Assembly (NCBI RefSeq): GCF_006345805.1
Contig: NC_043017.1
Location: 23,746,001 to 23,810,000 of the forward strand
Length of the DNA stretch: 64,000 nt
Reading direction: 5' to 3'
From: Octopus sinensis
Taxonomy: Eukaryota
Shown here in pieces: positions 26,044 to 37,152 of the stretch. Positions within the stretch are counted from its first letter, which is position 1; each line of letters opens with the position of its first letter. A program made the position numbers and the translations under genes. Under the pieces are notes generated by a model. It was given only the letters and a program-made list of their open reading frames with translations. It was not told the DNA's origin and did not search any database.

Positions 26044-26263
26044 TCCTTTCGTTACCAACCCGGCTGAAACCAGCTCTGGCTCTGAGTACAAATGTCTTGT
26101 TTTCATAAGTTTTGAATTAAAATCTTCCACCAAACCTTAGTCACAATTTATGTTCCTAACACTAGCTGAATGGTAACTAAGTTATTTTACTAAATTCTTT
26201 GTTATATTTAGAGTAATTGAAAGAAGCACAGAGCATCTCAAAATAAATACAGTAATGAAAGGG
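26044..26263. mobile_element. piggyBac-type MITE family 2
   Basis: ..CCTTTCGTTAC...GAAAGGG|TTAA; homologous to 41648-41868. Confidence 0.78.
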
Positions 26264-27031
26264 TTAATTAAATGGTTCTGTTCAAATGGATGTAACTTCT
26301 TGTGGCAAGTTTTTTATCCATCTTTTTGAAACACATGGTTGATATACAGGGATACCCTTTTGTTTATCATTGTTGTGTGAATATTTATAATGATATCAGT
26401 TTTTATTGGTTTAATTAAAGTAATTAAGTATCACATAGACATAGACCTATAACAAAAAACGTTATAGAAATTAAAACCTTTGCCATGCAGAAATACAATG
26501 ATCTCATAGAACTGAGGTAAACCAAAAAGAGAGAGAGTGTTATATTCTTTAATGGGTTTGTTTAAATGTAAGAGCTGTCATACTGGAGCTTCAATGCAAC
26601 TCTCGTTTCTCCTTAGTTTCTCTCCATAATGACTCCCAATGTCAGTTCCAAACATCTTTTATACTTGTTCTCTGCTTCTGCTGGAGAGCTGCATAGATAG
26701 CCAGGTAACTAACACTAGAATTATTTCACCTGATTTTATGTTCTTGTTGATGCAACAGAGACAGAGGGGGGTTGAAGAAATAGAGGAAGAGTAGGAAGGA
26801 GAGAGAGAGAGAGCAGTGGGAGAGAGTCAGAGGCTGAGTAAGAAAAGCAATAGAGAGTAACAATAGGAGAGAGAGAGAGAGAGAGAGTGAATGAAGTGGT
26901 AGAGATTAAGAGAAAGCAATTAAGAGAGCAAGACATTGGAATTGTTCTGCTGTTGATTATTTCATGTTGAAGAAACTTTAAATTGAAGATATTAAAAAAA
27001 CAAATTTTATTAATTTCTCGTTTTCTTACAG

Positions 27032-27104
27032 GCTTGATGATCTTGGTTCCATAGTCAATGCCAAAGACGACCAGAATTTGTCAATAGTTGTAGAAAATAA
27101 AGAT
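27032..27104 (+). CDS. PLD1: PLD exon, start of loop (LDDLGSIVNAKDDQNLSIVVENKD)
   Basis: tacag|G...GAT|gtatgt; 73 nt; completes HR-LxD after HKD1. Confidence 0.88.
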
Positions 27105-27854
27105 GTATGTATGTCATGTCACCATTTTGAACAATCCTACTCTTTCATGTTTTGCATATGGCACAGATTGTGTGTGTGTGTGTGTGTGTGTGCATTGTGT
27201 GTGTGTATGCATTGTGTGTGTGCGCATGTGTGTGTGTGCGCGCGCATGTGTGTGTGCGTGCATGTGTGTGTGCGTGTGCGATTGTGCCACAGGACTTCTC
27301 AAAACTTCATATCAATATTAAAGCATTGTCTAAGCCTAAATAGGTTGCCAATGAAGAAAACCAAATAATATACACACACACATATACATACATACATACA
27401 TTTATATATAAGTAAATAAATGGAGTTGAAGGAAGATGTTTTTAAAATTTATCCGTGTTACTTGCGTGAATTTTGCTACCCTGGTAACTGTTTATTGAAT
27501 TTTCCAGGTTAACAGTAAAAAAAGGATAATTCATTCATCCATTTAAATACATTTATATATATATATATATATATACATAGATTAGAGAAAGGTATTCTCT
27601 GTATAGAAGACACTTTGTTGTGTTCAAAACAATTAAACTTGAACAGGTAGAGGAGTAAATGTAAGGACATGCAAGTTAGGCAAGTCGATATACAGAAAAT
27701 ATAATTTACAATTGTTATTTCGGACCACAAGCCCTCAGAAACAGCTGTTGGATTTGTAAAAATCTTATTCAACACTTTAAATTCCTGATTTCATTTCTAA
27801 TCTGTGTAAGTCGGATGTTTTTATATGTAATAAAAATAATATATATATATGCAG

Positions 27855-27906
<52 letters not shown>

Positions 27907-27941
27907 TGTATAAAAGATCAGGGGTAAGGTCAGATCAATGC

Positions 27942-28149
27942 GAAGTAAATGCAAGATAAATCACAAGGAAACAAATAGGTGAATTAATGTAGACTTACGT
28001 TGTATTCAATATTTCGGGGTTATGACCCCATTTTCAAGAAATTGACGAATGTTGCCATTGAAAATGGGGTCATAACCCCGAAATATTGAATACAAGGTAA
28101 GTCTACATTAATTCACCTGTTTTCTTGTGATTTATCTTGCATTTACTTC
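27942..28149. repeat. Fold-back with ~95-bp arms and a 20-nt loop, containing two inverted hammerhead-core motifs
   Basis: 27942-28037 is the near-perfect reverse complement of 28058-28149; TTGAAAA-T-GGGG(tcataa)CCCC-GAAA on each strand. Confidence 0.92.
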
Positions 28150-28533
28150 ACATTGTTTTGGCCTTGCCCACGATCTTTTATACAATATATTCTACACAAT
28201 GCTTCATAGTAATTATTCCCTATATATATATATATACACACATACACACATGCATATATGGCTACAGGGCATCACCAACAGTAAACAACATGAAATACAG
28301 AAACAGATGAGTTCAATACGCAAACAACAAGACAAACAAATGGAAAACAGAACAAGTAACACAAAGAACGACCCTTCATCTCTTGTCAGCTGTCTAACTA
28401 CTCATTTCAAGCACTGAACGACAATATGGGTCATCAAAGACAGTTGCTCAAGTTGTCAAGTTTTACAAACAACTGAGTCATTGTTTAATTAGCACATTAA
28501 ACAAACAATCAATTAGTTGGTTAGATATTTAAC

Positions 28534-29182
28534 CAATTGACTAACACTAAAGAAGTGACATTGAACCAGTGCCTGTGTTTATTATTACTGGTGTAATGAC
28601 CCTCCCAAAACACAAGATTTGTTTCAACACACAGATTCACATCAAGAATCTTGCAAACCAAATATGAACATGAAATAAAACATGAGAAATTATTTTTTTT
28701 AATTTATGGAAATATTTTTTTTAAATATGATGTTATTGTTTTGGCTCTCCGTTTCTTGCAGGAAAATTCCTCACAGGAAAATACGTCATCGACTTCCTTG
28801 TTGACGAATTCTTTAGAAAATGAAGCCACTGTTAGCAGTAGCAGCAGGAAAGAGGAAGACCCTGTGACTGTCATAGCCCAGCTGCAACCCGGTTATGGGG
28901 AAGATACTGTTGATAGTGCTGATCAGGAACCTTCCGAAACAATATCCTTGCCTTTCATTGACATTGGTACGTGTTCTGCTGCGACAACAGTAGAAAACAA
29001 GAAACCAGGTGAATATTTTGGTCTCCTCCTCAATGGCAATTGACTAACACTAAAGAAGTGATATTGAATCAGTGCCTGTGTTTATTATTACTGGTGTAAT
29101 GACCCTCCCAAAACACAAAATTTGTTTCAACACACGAATTCACATCAAGAATCTTGCGAACCAAATATGAACATGAAGTAAA
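28534..29182 (+). repeat. Pair of 146-bp direct repeats (28534-28679 and 29037-29182) flanking a PLD exon
   Basis: Both begin CAATTGACTAACACTAAAGAAGTGA and end CCAAATATGAACATGAA.TAAA, with few substitutions. Confidence 0.92.
28762..29008 (+). CDS. PLD1: PLD loop exon, Ser/Thr/Glu-rich; alternative in-frame donor after 28966
   Basis: ttgcag|GAA...CCA G|gtgaat; 247 nt; phase 0-1 fits both neighbours; assigned by phase and position, not homology. Confidence 0.78.
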
Positions 29183-29393
29183 TATCTTCACTTGTGGGCT
29201 GTCTTCATAATAAACTCATACATTCACTCACACACTCCACACTTTCCCATGCTTACTTACTCACGCATATACTCTCACTCTTGTATTCACTCACATACCC
29301 CCACTCAGTCTTGAGTGAGTGAGTGACCATATGTGTCAGTGAAACTTTAAAGTAAACCACCTAAAAATATGAAAATAAATATTATGCAAATAT

Positions 29394-29799
29394 AGGCGTA
29401 GGAGTGGCTGTGTGGTAAGTAGCTTGCTAACCAACCACATGGTTCCGGGTTCAGTCCCACTGCGTGGCATCTTGGGCAAGTGTCTTCTGCTATGGCCCTG
29501 GGCCGACCAATGCCTTGTGAGTGAATTTGGTAGACGGAAACTGAAAGAAGCCTGTCGTATATATGTATATATACATATATGTATGTGTGTGTGTGTCTGT
29601 GTTTGTCCCCCTAGCATTGCTTGACAACCGATGCTGGTGTGTTTACGTCCCCGTCACTTAGCGGTTCGGCAAAAAGAGACCGATAGAATAAGTACTGGGC
29701 TTACAAAGAATAAGTCCCAGGGTCGATTTGCTCGACTAAAGGTGGTGCTCCAGCATGGCTGCAGTCAAATTACTGAAACAAGTAAAAGAGTAAGAGTAA
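29394..29799 (+). mobile_element. tRNA-derived SINE family B, full length (also 47790-48142, 61075-61472; partial or minus copies at 2735-2940, 37208-37351, 37600-37992, 42600-42920, 57925-58125)
   Basis: Head GTGGCTGTGTGGTAAG...GGTTCAGTCCCAC, internal (TA/TG)n, tail GAAACAAGTAAAAGAG; near-identical dispersed copies. Confidence 0.9.
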
Positions 29800-30416
29800 A
29801 TGAATAGATTTGCAATATACATCTATGAGTCAATGACACACGAAACTTCAAAGTCACTATCAACCTTTTTTTGTTAAAATAAATAACTTACTTTGATTAA
29901 ATGTATCGAATAATGATATTTTGATTAATGGTTGATTATTTTTATATACAAGTATATATAAACACACACACACACGTGTACATTTATATGTGTTATTTGT
30001 TTTTAACGGTTGAACTCAAAGCAGATAAAGCTACAGATAATATCTTGTAAGTATTGAGTGTGTGTGTGTATTATCCAAAATGTGCAGTATCATATATCCA
30101 TCACAGCTGATCTTCCTACCCAATCAGTTTTGCACTTGGAATACAATGGAGTGTTAGGTAACAATCCAATTATATAACTTTACACTCATCAGAGTTAGCC
30201 AATATGGACTAATGTACATATATATTTATATACACACACACACTCACTGATACATATCTACATGTATGCACACACATTCTCTCCTCCTCCTCTCTCACAT
30301 GTGCATGCTTTTATTTATTTTGTTTGTTTCATTCATTTGACTGTGGCCATTCTGGAGCACCACCTACATACATTTTCACTACACACTCTTACTAACCCAT
30401 GCATTTTGTTTTTCAG

Positions 30417-30946
30417 TGGAAATACATGGTTCTGGAGATGCCAAGAAGGGAGCAGTGAGGGGAGCCCACAAACATGACCATTTATGGAAAGAAACATCAG
30501 TGAACAAGATCGTCTCCAACCATGACCAAAAGTCAGCATTTGGTCGCAGTGTATCGATGAAAACAAATTTTCTAAATGACACTGTCGATAAAGGAGGAGA
30601 TGCTCGCAAATACATGAGACACGTCTCTCTGATGGACTATCCAAGCAAAGATTTATATGAGAACATTCTGGAACGATACAACTGTTTAGAGAAAACACAA
30701 CTGATCTCATCCGCAAGAGATTCTGAATCCCAAAGTGGGAATTATGACTCTATTGGACACACTAATTTCTCAGGCAGTACACAAGTTGACAAGTCATTGA
30801 ATGCACGTCGACGGTGGAGACGATACAGAAATGTTGTCAAGCTGATTACAGTAGAGAATGTCAATGTGACAGTGAAAAACATTCCTGGTTTAGACGAGAT
30901 GTCGTCAAATATGAAACCGTCAACACCAAAGTCAAAAAGACGATTT
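30417..30946 (+). CDS. PLD1: PLD large loop exon (VEIHGSGDAKK...KSKRRF)
   Basis: ttttcag|TG...TTT|gtaagt; 530 nt open; phase 1-0; no homology evidence. Confidence 0.82.
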
Positions 30947-32569
30947 GTAAGTATTTAAAAAATTTTTTTTACTTTCTTCAATCACTGGGCTGTGACCAAG
31001 CTGGGGCACTGCTTTGAAGGGTTTAGATGAACAAAGTAACTCCGGTATTTATTTATTTTAAAGCCTGGTACTTATTCTCTCGGTCCCTTTTTGCCAAACC
31101 ACTCAGTCATGGGATGTAAACAAATACACACTGACTGTCAAATGGTGGTGGGACAAACACAAAGGCATCACACATAGACATACACACACACTCACACACA
31201 CACACACACACACATACACACACACACACATACACACACACACACATGTTACCTGTTGTTGTTATCAGCTCAAATCAAACCTGATTCAGCTTTTGGCTAC
31301 TTTCTCTGATGGGTTGTAGCACACCTGTACACTGTGTACGAAAAGCTCATTAGTATTATTTTATGATTCGTATTTGTCATTAAAGTGTTTTTTGATGTTA
31401 ATTAATATAATTAAAGGTGGAGCTTTAATTATGCTTTTGTTTTTTATTATGCTTTTGTTTCTCTTCAATGAATATCAGCTTCCTCATTATCATTTAATGA
31501 GGATGCTAATTACCAATCGTTGTTACTCTGGAAATACTAATCTCAGAAGCCATCAACGTCATTGTCATCAGCATCATTGTTGTCATCAACATTATCATCA
31601 TCAATGTTAATATCATCATCAACATTATCATTGTCATTTTTATAATCATCATCATCATTCTCATCATAATTATCATTGCCATTGTTATTTATTTCTTTAC
31701 TGCTCACAAGGGGCTAAACATAGAGGGGACAAACAAGGACAGACAAACGGATTAAGTCGATTATATCAACCCCAGTGCATAACTGGTACTTATTTAATCG
31801 ACCCTGGAAGGATGAAAGGCAAAGTCGACCTCGATTAAATTTGAACTCAGAACGTAGCAGCAGACGAAATACCGCTAAGCATTTCGCCCGGCCTGCTAAC
31901 GTTTCTGCCAGCTCAACGCCTTCATTGCCATTGTTATCATCATCATCATCATCATGTTATCTTCATGAACCCCATTATACTTGTTGTTGAAACCAGTTGG
32001 CCACATGTTACTGTCCACCTCAAACAATAACCACCACCACCACATTCTTTCCTAGTCTCACCATTGTCTATATCTGCCATAGGTGGAGGCACATGGCCTA
32101 GTGGTTAGAGCAGCAGACTCGCGGTCGAGGGAACGCGGGTTCGAATCTCAGACCGTGTTTTTATGTGTGTGTTTATGAGCGAAACACCTAAGCTCCACAT
32201 GGCTCCGGCAGAAGATAATGGCGAACTTCTACTGACTTTTTCGCCACAACTTTCTCTCACTCTTTCCTCCTGTATCTTGCAGCTCATCTGTGACGGACCA
32301 GCTTCCCGTCCAGGTGGAGAACCTATATGCCAAGGAAACCGGGAAACCGGCCCTTATGAGCTAAGCATGGCTCGAGAAAGGAACAAACACACAACACACA
32401 CATATCTGCCATAGACGCACGAAGTCCACATCTGACAGTGAAGATGTTCTGTCAATCTTCACAATACTCTTTCTGCAACTCTAAAACTTAAACCAATCAT
32501 AAAATCCACATTCTTTTATGCCACTGTTTCTTACAAATAATCGATTTTATTTCTTGATCTCCATATCAG

Positions 32570-32631
32570 ATGCCAAGCTACATATCAGATCGGCTGCCTG
32601 CGAAACAAGAATCTACAGAAACTAAAGAGAG
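32570..32631 (+). CDS. PLD1: PLD loop exon (MPSYISDRLPAKQESTETKE)
   Basis: atcag|ATG...AG|gtatgc; 62 nt; supplies the phase 0-2 bridge needed between 30946 and 35951. Confidence 0.72.
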
Positions 32632-33044
32632 GTATGCTTTCTGTTTCATTTTACATTTCGTGACAGATGTGAGGAGTGTCTCAATGGACATTTTGCTTCA
32701 CTGTTTTATTATCTGCTTCTTAGTTTACATATTCCATTACAAAACTAACAATAAAGCCTGGACGTGATCACTCAGCCTGCTAGAAAGAGCAGCTAAATTT
32801 CCTGCTTGTCTTAAAGGAAAAAAAATAGCTAAGATTTCATTGAATAATTTATTATATTAAAATACATGAAATGATGGTCATTTGTGGAATGGTTTTGATT
32901 ATTGATCTGCTGTATCAGGCCTGATCTGGGGCTAAATAACAATAAACAGAAGGGAGTCTAAATAGATAGTTAATAGAAGTGATGGGGGGGGGGGGAGTCA
33001 AATATGTAAATCTGTTGGATCAGGATTGAATTGGATTAAAAACA

Positions 33045-33635
33045 GTCTTTACACTCTAATACACACACACACAACCCTGCACTCCATACACACACATACA
33101 CCACCCTGCACTCCATACACACACATACACCACCCTGCACTCTACACACACACACACACACACCACACACAACCCTGCACTCCATACACACACATACACC
33201 ACCCTGCACTCCATACACACACATACACCACCCTGCACTCTACACACACAACCCTGCACTCCATACACACACATACACCACCCTGCACTCTACACAGACA
33301 CACACACACACAACCCTGCACTCCATGCACACACACACACAACCCTGCACTCTACACACACACACAACCCTGCACTCCATACACACACATACTCCACCCT
33401 GCACTCTACACACACACAACTCTGCACTCCATACACACACATACACCACTCTTCACTCTACACACATACACACACACAACCCTGCACTCCATACACCACC
33501 CTGCACTCTACACACACACAACCCTGCACTCTACACACACACACACAACCCTGCACTCTACACACACACACACACAACCCTGCACTCCATACACACACAT
33601 ACACAACCCTGCACTCTACACGCACACACACATTA
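33045..33635. repeat. CA-rich minisatellite (CACAACCCTGCACTCCATACACACACATA-like unit)
   Basis: More than 20 copies of the CCCTGCACTC core. Confidence 0.92.
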
Positions 33636-34471
33636 TTCCAATAGTTACTTACAACCAGCTGTATGGTGTATTATATAACTATTGTTGCATATTTATCATC
33701 GAAGTTTTGTTATCAGATAATAACGAATAACAACTGGGTGTCCAAGGAATGAGATTGATAGCCAAATGAGGAAAGCATTTGACTGTATGAAAAGACTCAC
33801 AGAGGGATGTTACTCAGAGACACCGTTGTCATGAAAAAGCAACAGTCAAGTTAAGGCCATCATATATAGTGAAGGAACTAATATAGTGAATGTAGTGAAG
33901 GAACTAATATAATTAATAATACTTATGTGGTGAGGAGAAGTGAACATTAATTAATCTTAACTGATATAGTAAGTAAGGGTGACTACTCTAGACATGTTTC
34001 CATCTTATTAAACCTCTTCAGTGTGCCAAATGTAAACTCTGGATGAAGTGGGCTTAGAGATAGACAGACTGAGAAAGAAGACTTTGCATGTAGCAGATAC
34101 ACTGGATCAGTTAACAGTAAGAGCATTCATGAAATAAATTCTTTCAAATACTTTAAAATGTTCCCTAAAAATAGCTGACTTCTATATAGAGGTGATATAG
34201 AGGTTGGTGCTTCTAAATCCTAGTAGCTAGAGAAAATAAATGAGGTAGGAAAGGTTCAAGGAGCTTTTACATCTGCTGATAAAGCTCTAGATATAAAGCA
34301 TGTATTATTATCTAATATCTATTAGAGATACTTGATGCTTTGCTTTACTGAAAAAGACCCATTCTATGGTAGAAATGCTAATGCTGCTCTCCCTGCTGAA
34401 AAGAATTGGCCTACAAGAGCCCTGTGCCAGTGACATGTAAAAAGCATCCATGTCGGCACCACATAGAGGCA

Positions 34472-34716
34472 TCATCATCATTGTTCGACCATGGTCGAGA
34501 CAATGAAATTTACCATGCTACGCCAGACTTCACGGTCCATCATAGCATTACGGAGGTCCTGTTGCTGGATGCCTGTATCCCTGGAGATTACATCAGGATA
34601 GGAGAGCGTGCACCCTCTGGTATTGCGAGTAGATGGCTTCCAGAGGAGAAGAGTAGAAATTGCCTCGTTTTCAGCTCTACAACAAGAGATGACACAGGTG
34701 GTAGTTTACCATGCCT
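34472..34716 (-). mobile_element. 5'-truncated RTE-type LINE 3' end with a 15-bp TSD
   Basis: Minus-strand RAENEAISTLLLWKPSTRNTRG..SYPDVISRDTG...AMMDREVWRSMV...* plus TGA-repeat tail; CACCACATAGAGGCA at 34457-34471 and 34717-34731. Confidence 0.9.
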
Positions 34717-35269
34717 CACCACATAGAGGCACCCATGCCAGTACCACATAAAAAGCACCCAGCATACTCTATAAAGTGATTGGTGTTAAGAAGGGCAACC
34801 AGCTGTAGAAACCAAGTAAAATCAGACTGGAACGTGGTGCAGCTCTCTGGCTTGCCAACCCATGCCAGCATGGAGAACAGGCATTAAATGATGATGGTGC
34901 CAAAGGGACCCTTTTTTCCAAGTGATGGGCAGATTGCATGATATTTGTGTGTGAAGTGTATTGTTGTATGGTAATGAAACATGAGAACTGAATGTAGAAG
35001 ATATACAGAGGGAGATAAGGTGGCGAGCTGGCAGAAACGTTAGCGTGCCGGGCAAAATGCTTAGCGGTATTTCGTCTGCCGTTACCTTCCGAGTTCAAAT
35101 TCCACCGAGGTCGACTTTGCCTTTCATCCTTTCGGGGTCGATAAATTAAGTACCAGTTACGCACTGGGGTCGGTGTAATCGACTTAATCCGTTTGTCCCC
35201 TCTATGTTAGCCCCTTGTGGGTAATAAAGAAACAGATATACAGAGGGTGGAAAGAATTGAGGCACACAC

Positions 35270-35510
35270 GCTTCTTCACTGGATGTGTAATGTTAGCATG
35301 CATGAGCAATAAAGCAGAAATTACTTGAGAGAAAATCTGGATATAAGAGAATTTCCATGTAGTGTGAAAGAGATAAGACTGAGCTGGTATGGGACATGTG
35401 ATGTTGATGGTTGAATATAGAAGGGTCCAGAAATTCAAGTGGAAGGACCCTGTGAAAGATGAAAAGTAAGGAGAAACATGGGAAGGAATGGTGAAAGTCT
35501 ATCTCAAATA
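35270..35510 (+). mobile_element. Decayed RTE LINE fragment
   Basis: Colinear similarity to 38870-39110 (ctggatgtgtaatgt..., ctggtatgg..catgt..., acatggga). Confidence 0.65.
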
Positions 35511-35950
35511 GTAGAACTTTATGAAAGACATGAAAAAAATATTGTGAGAAATGATGAGATACTGTATTGGGGAAGAGATGTCTGGACCATCAAAGGAGGG
35601 GCTTCGTGAACCAGAGGGTCATAAGGCTGGTTTCCTGGACTCTGTGGTGTATATATTCTTCACTGACTTGTCACAGAATTACCAATTTCTACCAGCTGAA
35701 TAAACTTTTGCAATGTGAAATGAAGAACACAATGCATCAGCTAGACCAGGAATTGAAACCAAAATCTTATGATCATGAATGAGTACCACACCCTAACCAC
35801 TAAGCCATGCACCTCCACATGTCTAAACCATGCAAGCATGAAAAGGAAATTAGAACATGAAAACAATGATTAAATTATCTTTATCATTAATTATAATTAT
35901 CTTCATTTATCACATTCTATTCCTCGTTATTATCTTCCGCATTCTTTCAG

Positions 35951-36078
35951 CTCCAATGATGATTCCATATCAGAGTCTCCACCAGCTTCACTCCACGGTG
36001 CTTCTAAACTATGGATTGGTAAAGACTACTGTAACTTTATCTTCAAAGATTTTGTTGACCTCGAAGCACCTTTTGAAG
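35951..36078 (+). CDS. PLD1: PLD exon, loop end ([23 protein letters not shown])
   Basis: tttcag|C...G|gtaagc; 128 nt; WxGKDYxN motif. Confidence 0.96.
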
Positions 36079-37033
36079 GTAAGCTTTTGTACATGTTGCC
36101 ATTGTTTTTGTTGTTGTTGTTGTTGTTCTCCTGCCCCACTCCTCCCTCTTTCTGTTACCCACCATATTTACCTTGATTAGAATCAAGTTACTCACAGTAG
36201 TTGACATTAAGTAAAACAATCTGTTGTTATTGTTGTTGTTTCTTCCATCAAGCAGACATGTGCTGAAAGACATTCTAGCTGTGGCCATCCAGTTTATTTG
36301 TCTATCAGAGACGACATTATACAATCTATTCTTAGTTTTCTTAAGACAGTATGATGTGATTTGAGGACAAATATTCTAGTTCAACACCTGATTGATCGGA
36401 ATTAAAAACCCTTCCAGAGTTGACCTCTTTGTTTGTCCTTTATAACGAGAGGGTTGGCAGAATCATTTGAGCATCGGATAAAATGCTTTGTGGCGTTTAA
36501 TTACAGCAACTGTGTACGTTCTGAGTTCAAATTCCCCCAAGGTCAATTTTGTCTTTGATCCATTTAAACAATCCACAGACAAGGGAGGGTGCATATGAAG
36601 TCAATATCTAGATAAAATAAAGTCCCAGCTATCAAATGCTGAGGTTAATTTAATATTCCTATAAAGTATCTCAGATGTGTATGGAATTTTACGATAAAGT
36701 CTGTGATAGCTCAATAAAATATTTACCAATAATCTATGATTAGCTATCATTAATAGTTTTATGATTATTAGAGCGAAATCAATATTTGCAATGAACAATA
36801 AGCAAAGAAGAAAGAAATTTGGCTGGAAAGAAAATTAGAAAGAATTTGTAATTTTTTGTGAATTGGTGAGAATCTTGGGTGCAAGAGTGTTTCCTTAGTT
36901 TCCATGTTTGTACAACCTTTCTTTGGTTGTATTTCTTATGAATTATTAGTGATAAGTAACTTTATCTAAAATATTTGGAAGTTTTTCTCTCTAAGAATTC
37001 ATGGGAAATCTCTGCTTTTTGTCTTCTTTTCAG

Positions 37034-37152
37034 ATATGATTGACCGCACTAAGACACCGCGGATGCCCTGGCATGATATTGGAATAGCTGTCTATGGCAG
37101 CGCCGCACAGGATGTTGCACGCCACTTTATCCAACGTTGGAATATGATCAAA
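37034..37152 (+). CDS. PLD1: PLD exon, PRMPWHD and PIP2-binding motif start ([13 protein letters not shown])
   Basis: ttcag|AT...AAA|gtgagt; 119 nt. Confidence 0.98.

Noticed and set aside
28534-29182. Direct repeats read as a CRISPR array or LTR pair
   Set aside because: Only two long units in eukaryotic DNA, no TG...CA ends, PBS or PPT, and the interior is a host exon.
29394-29470. tRNA-like sequences at SINE heads
   Set aside because: A and B boxes are present but there is no complete cloverleaf, and they continue into SINE bodies; not tRNA genes.
33026-33730. 234-aa His/Thr/Pro ORF and similar ORFs at 18841-19312, 48561-49022, 51673-52315, 58136-59672
   Set aside because: Translations of CA, GT and TA tandem repeats.
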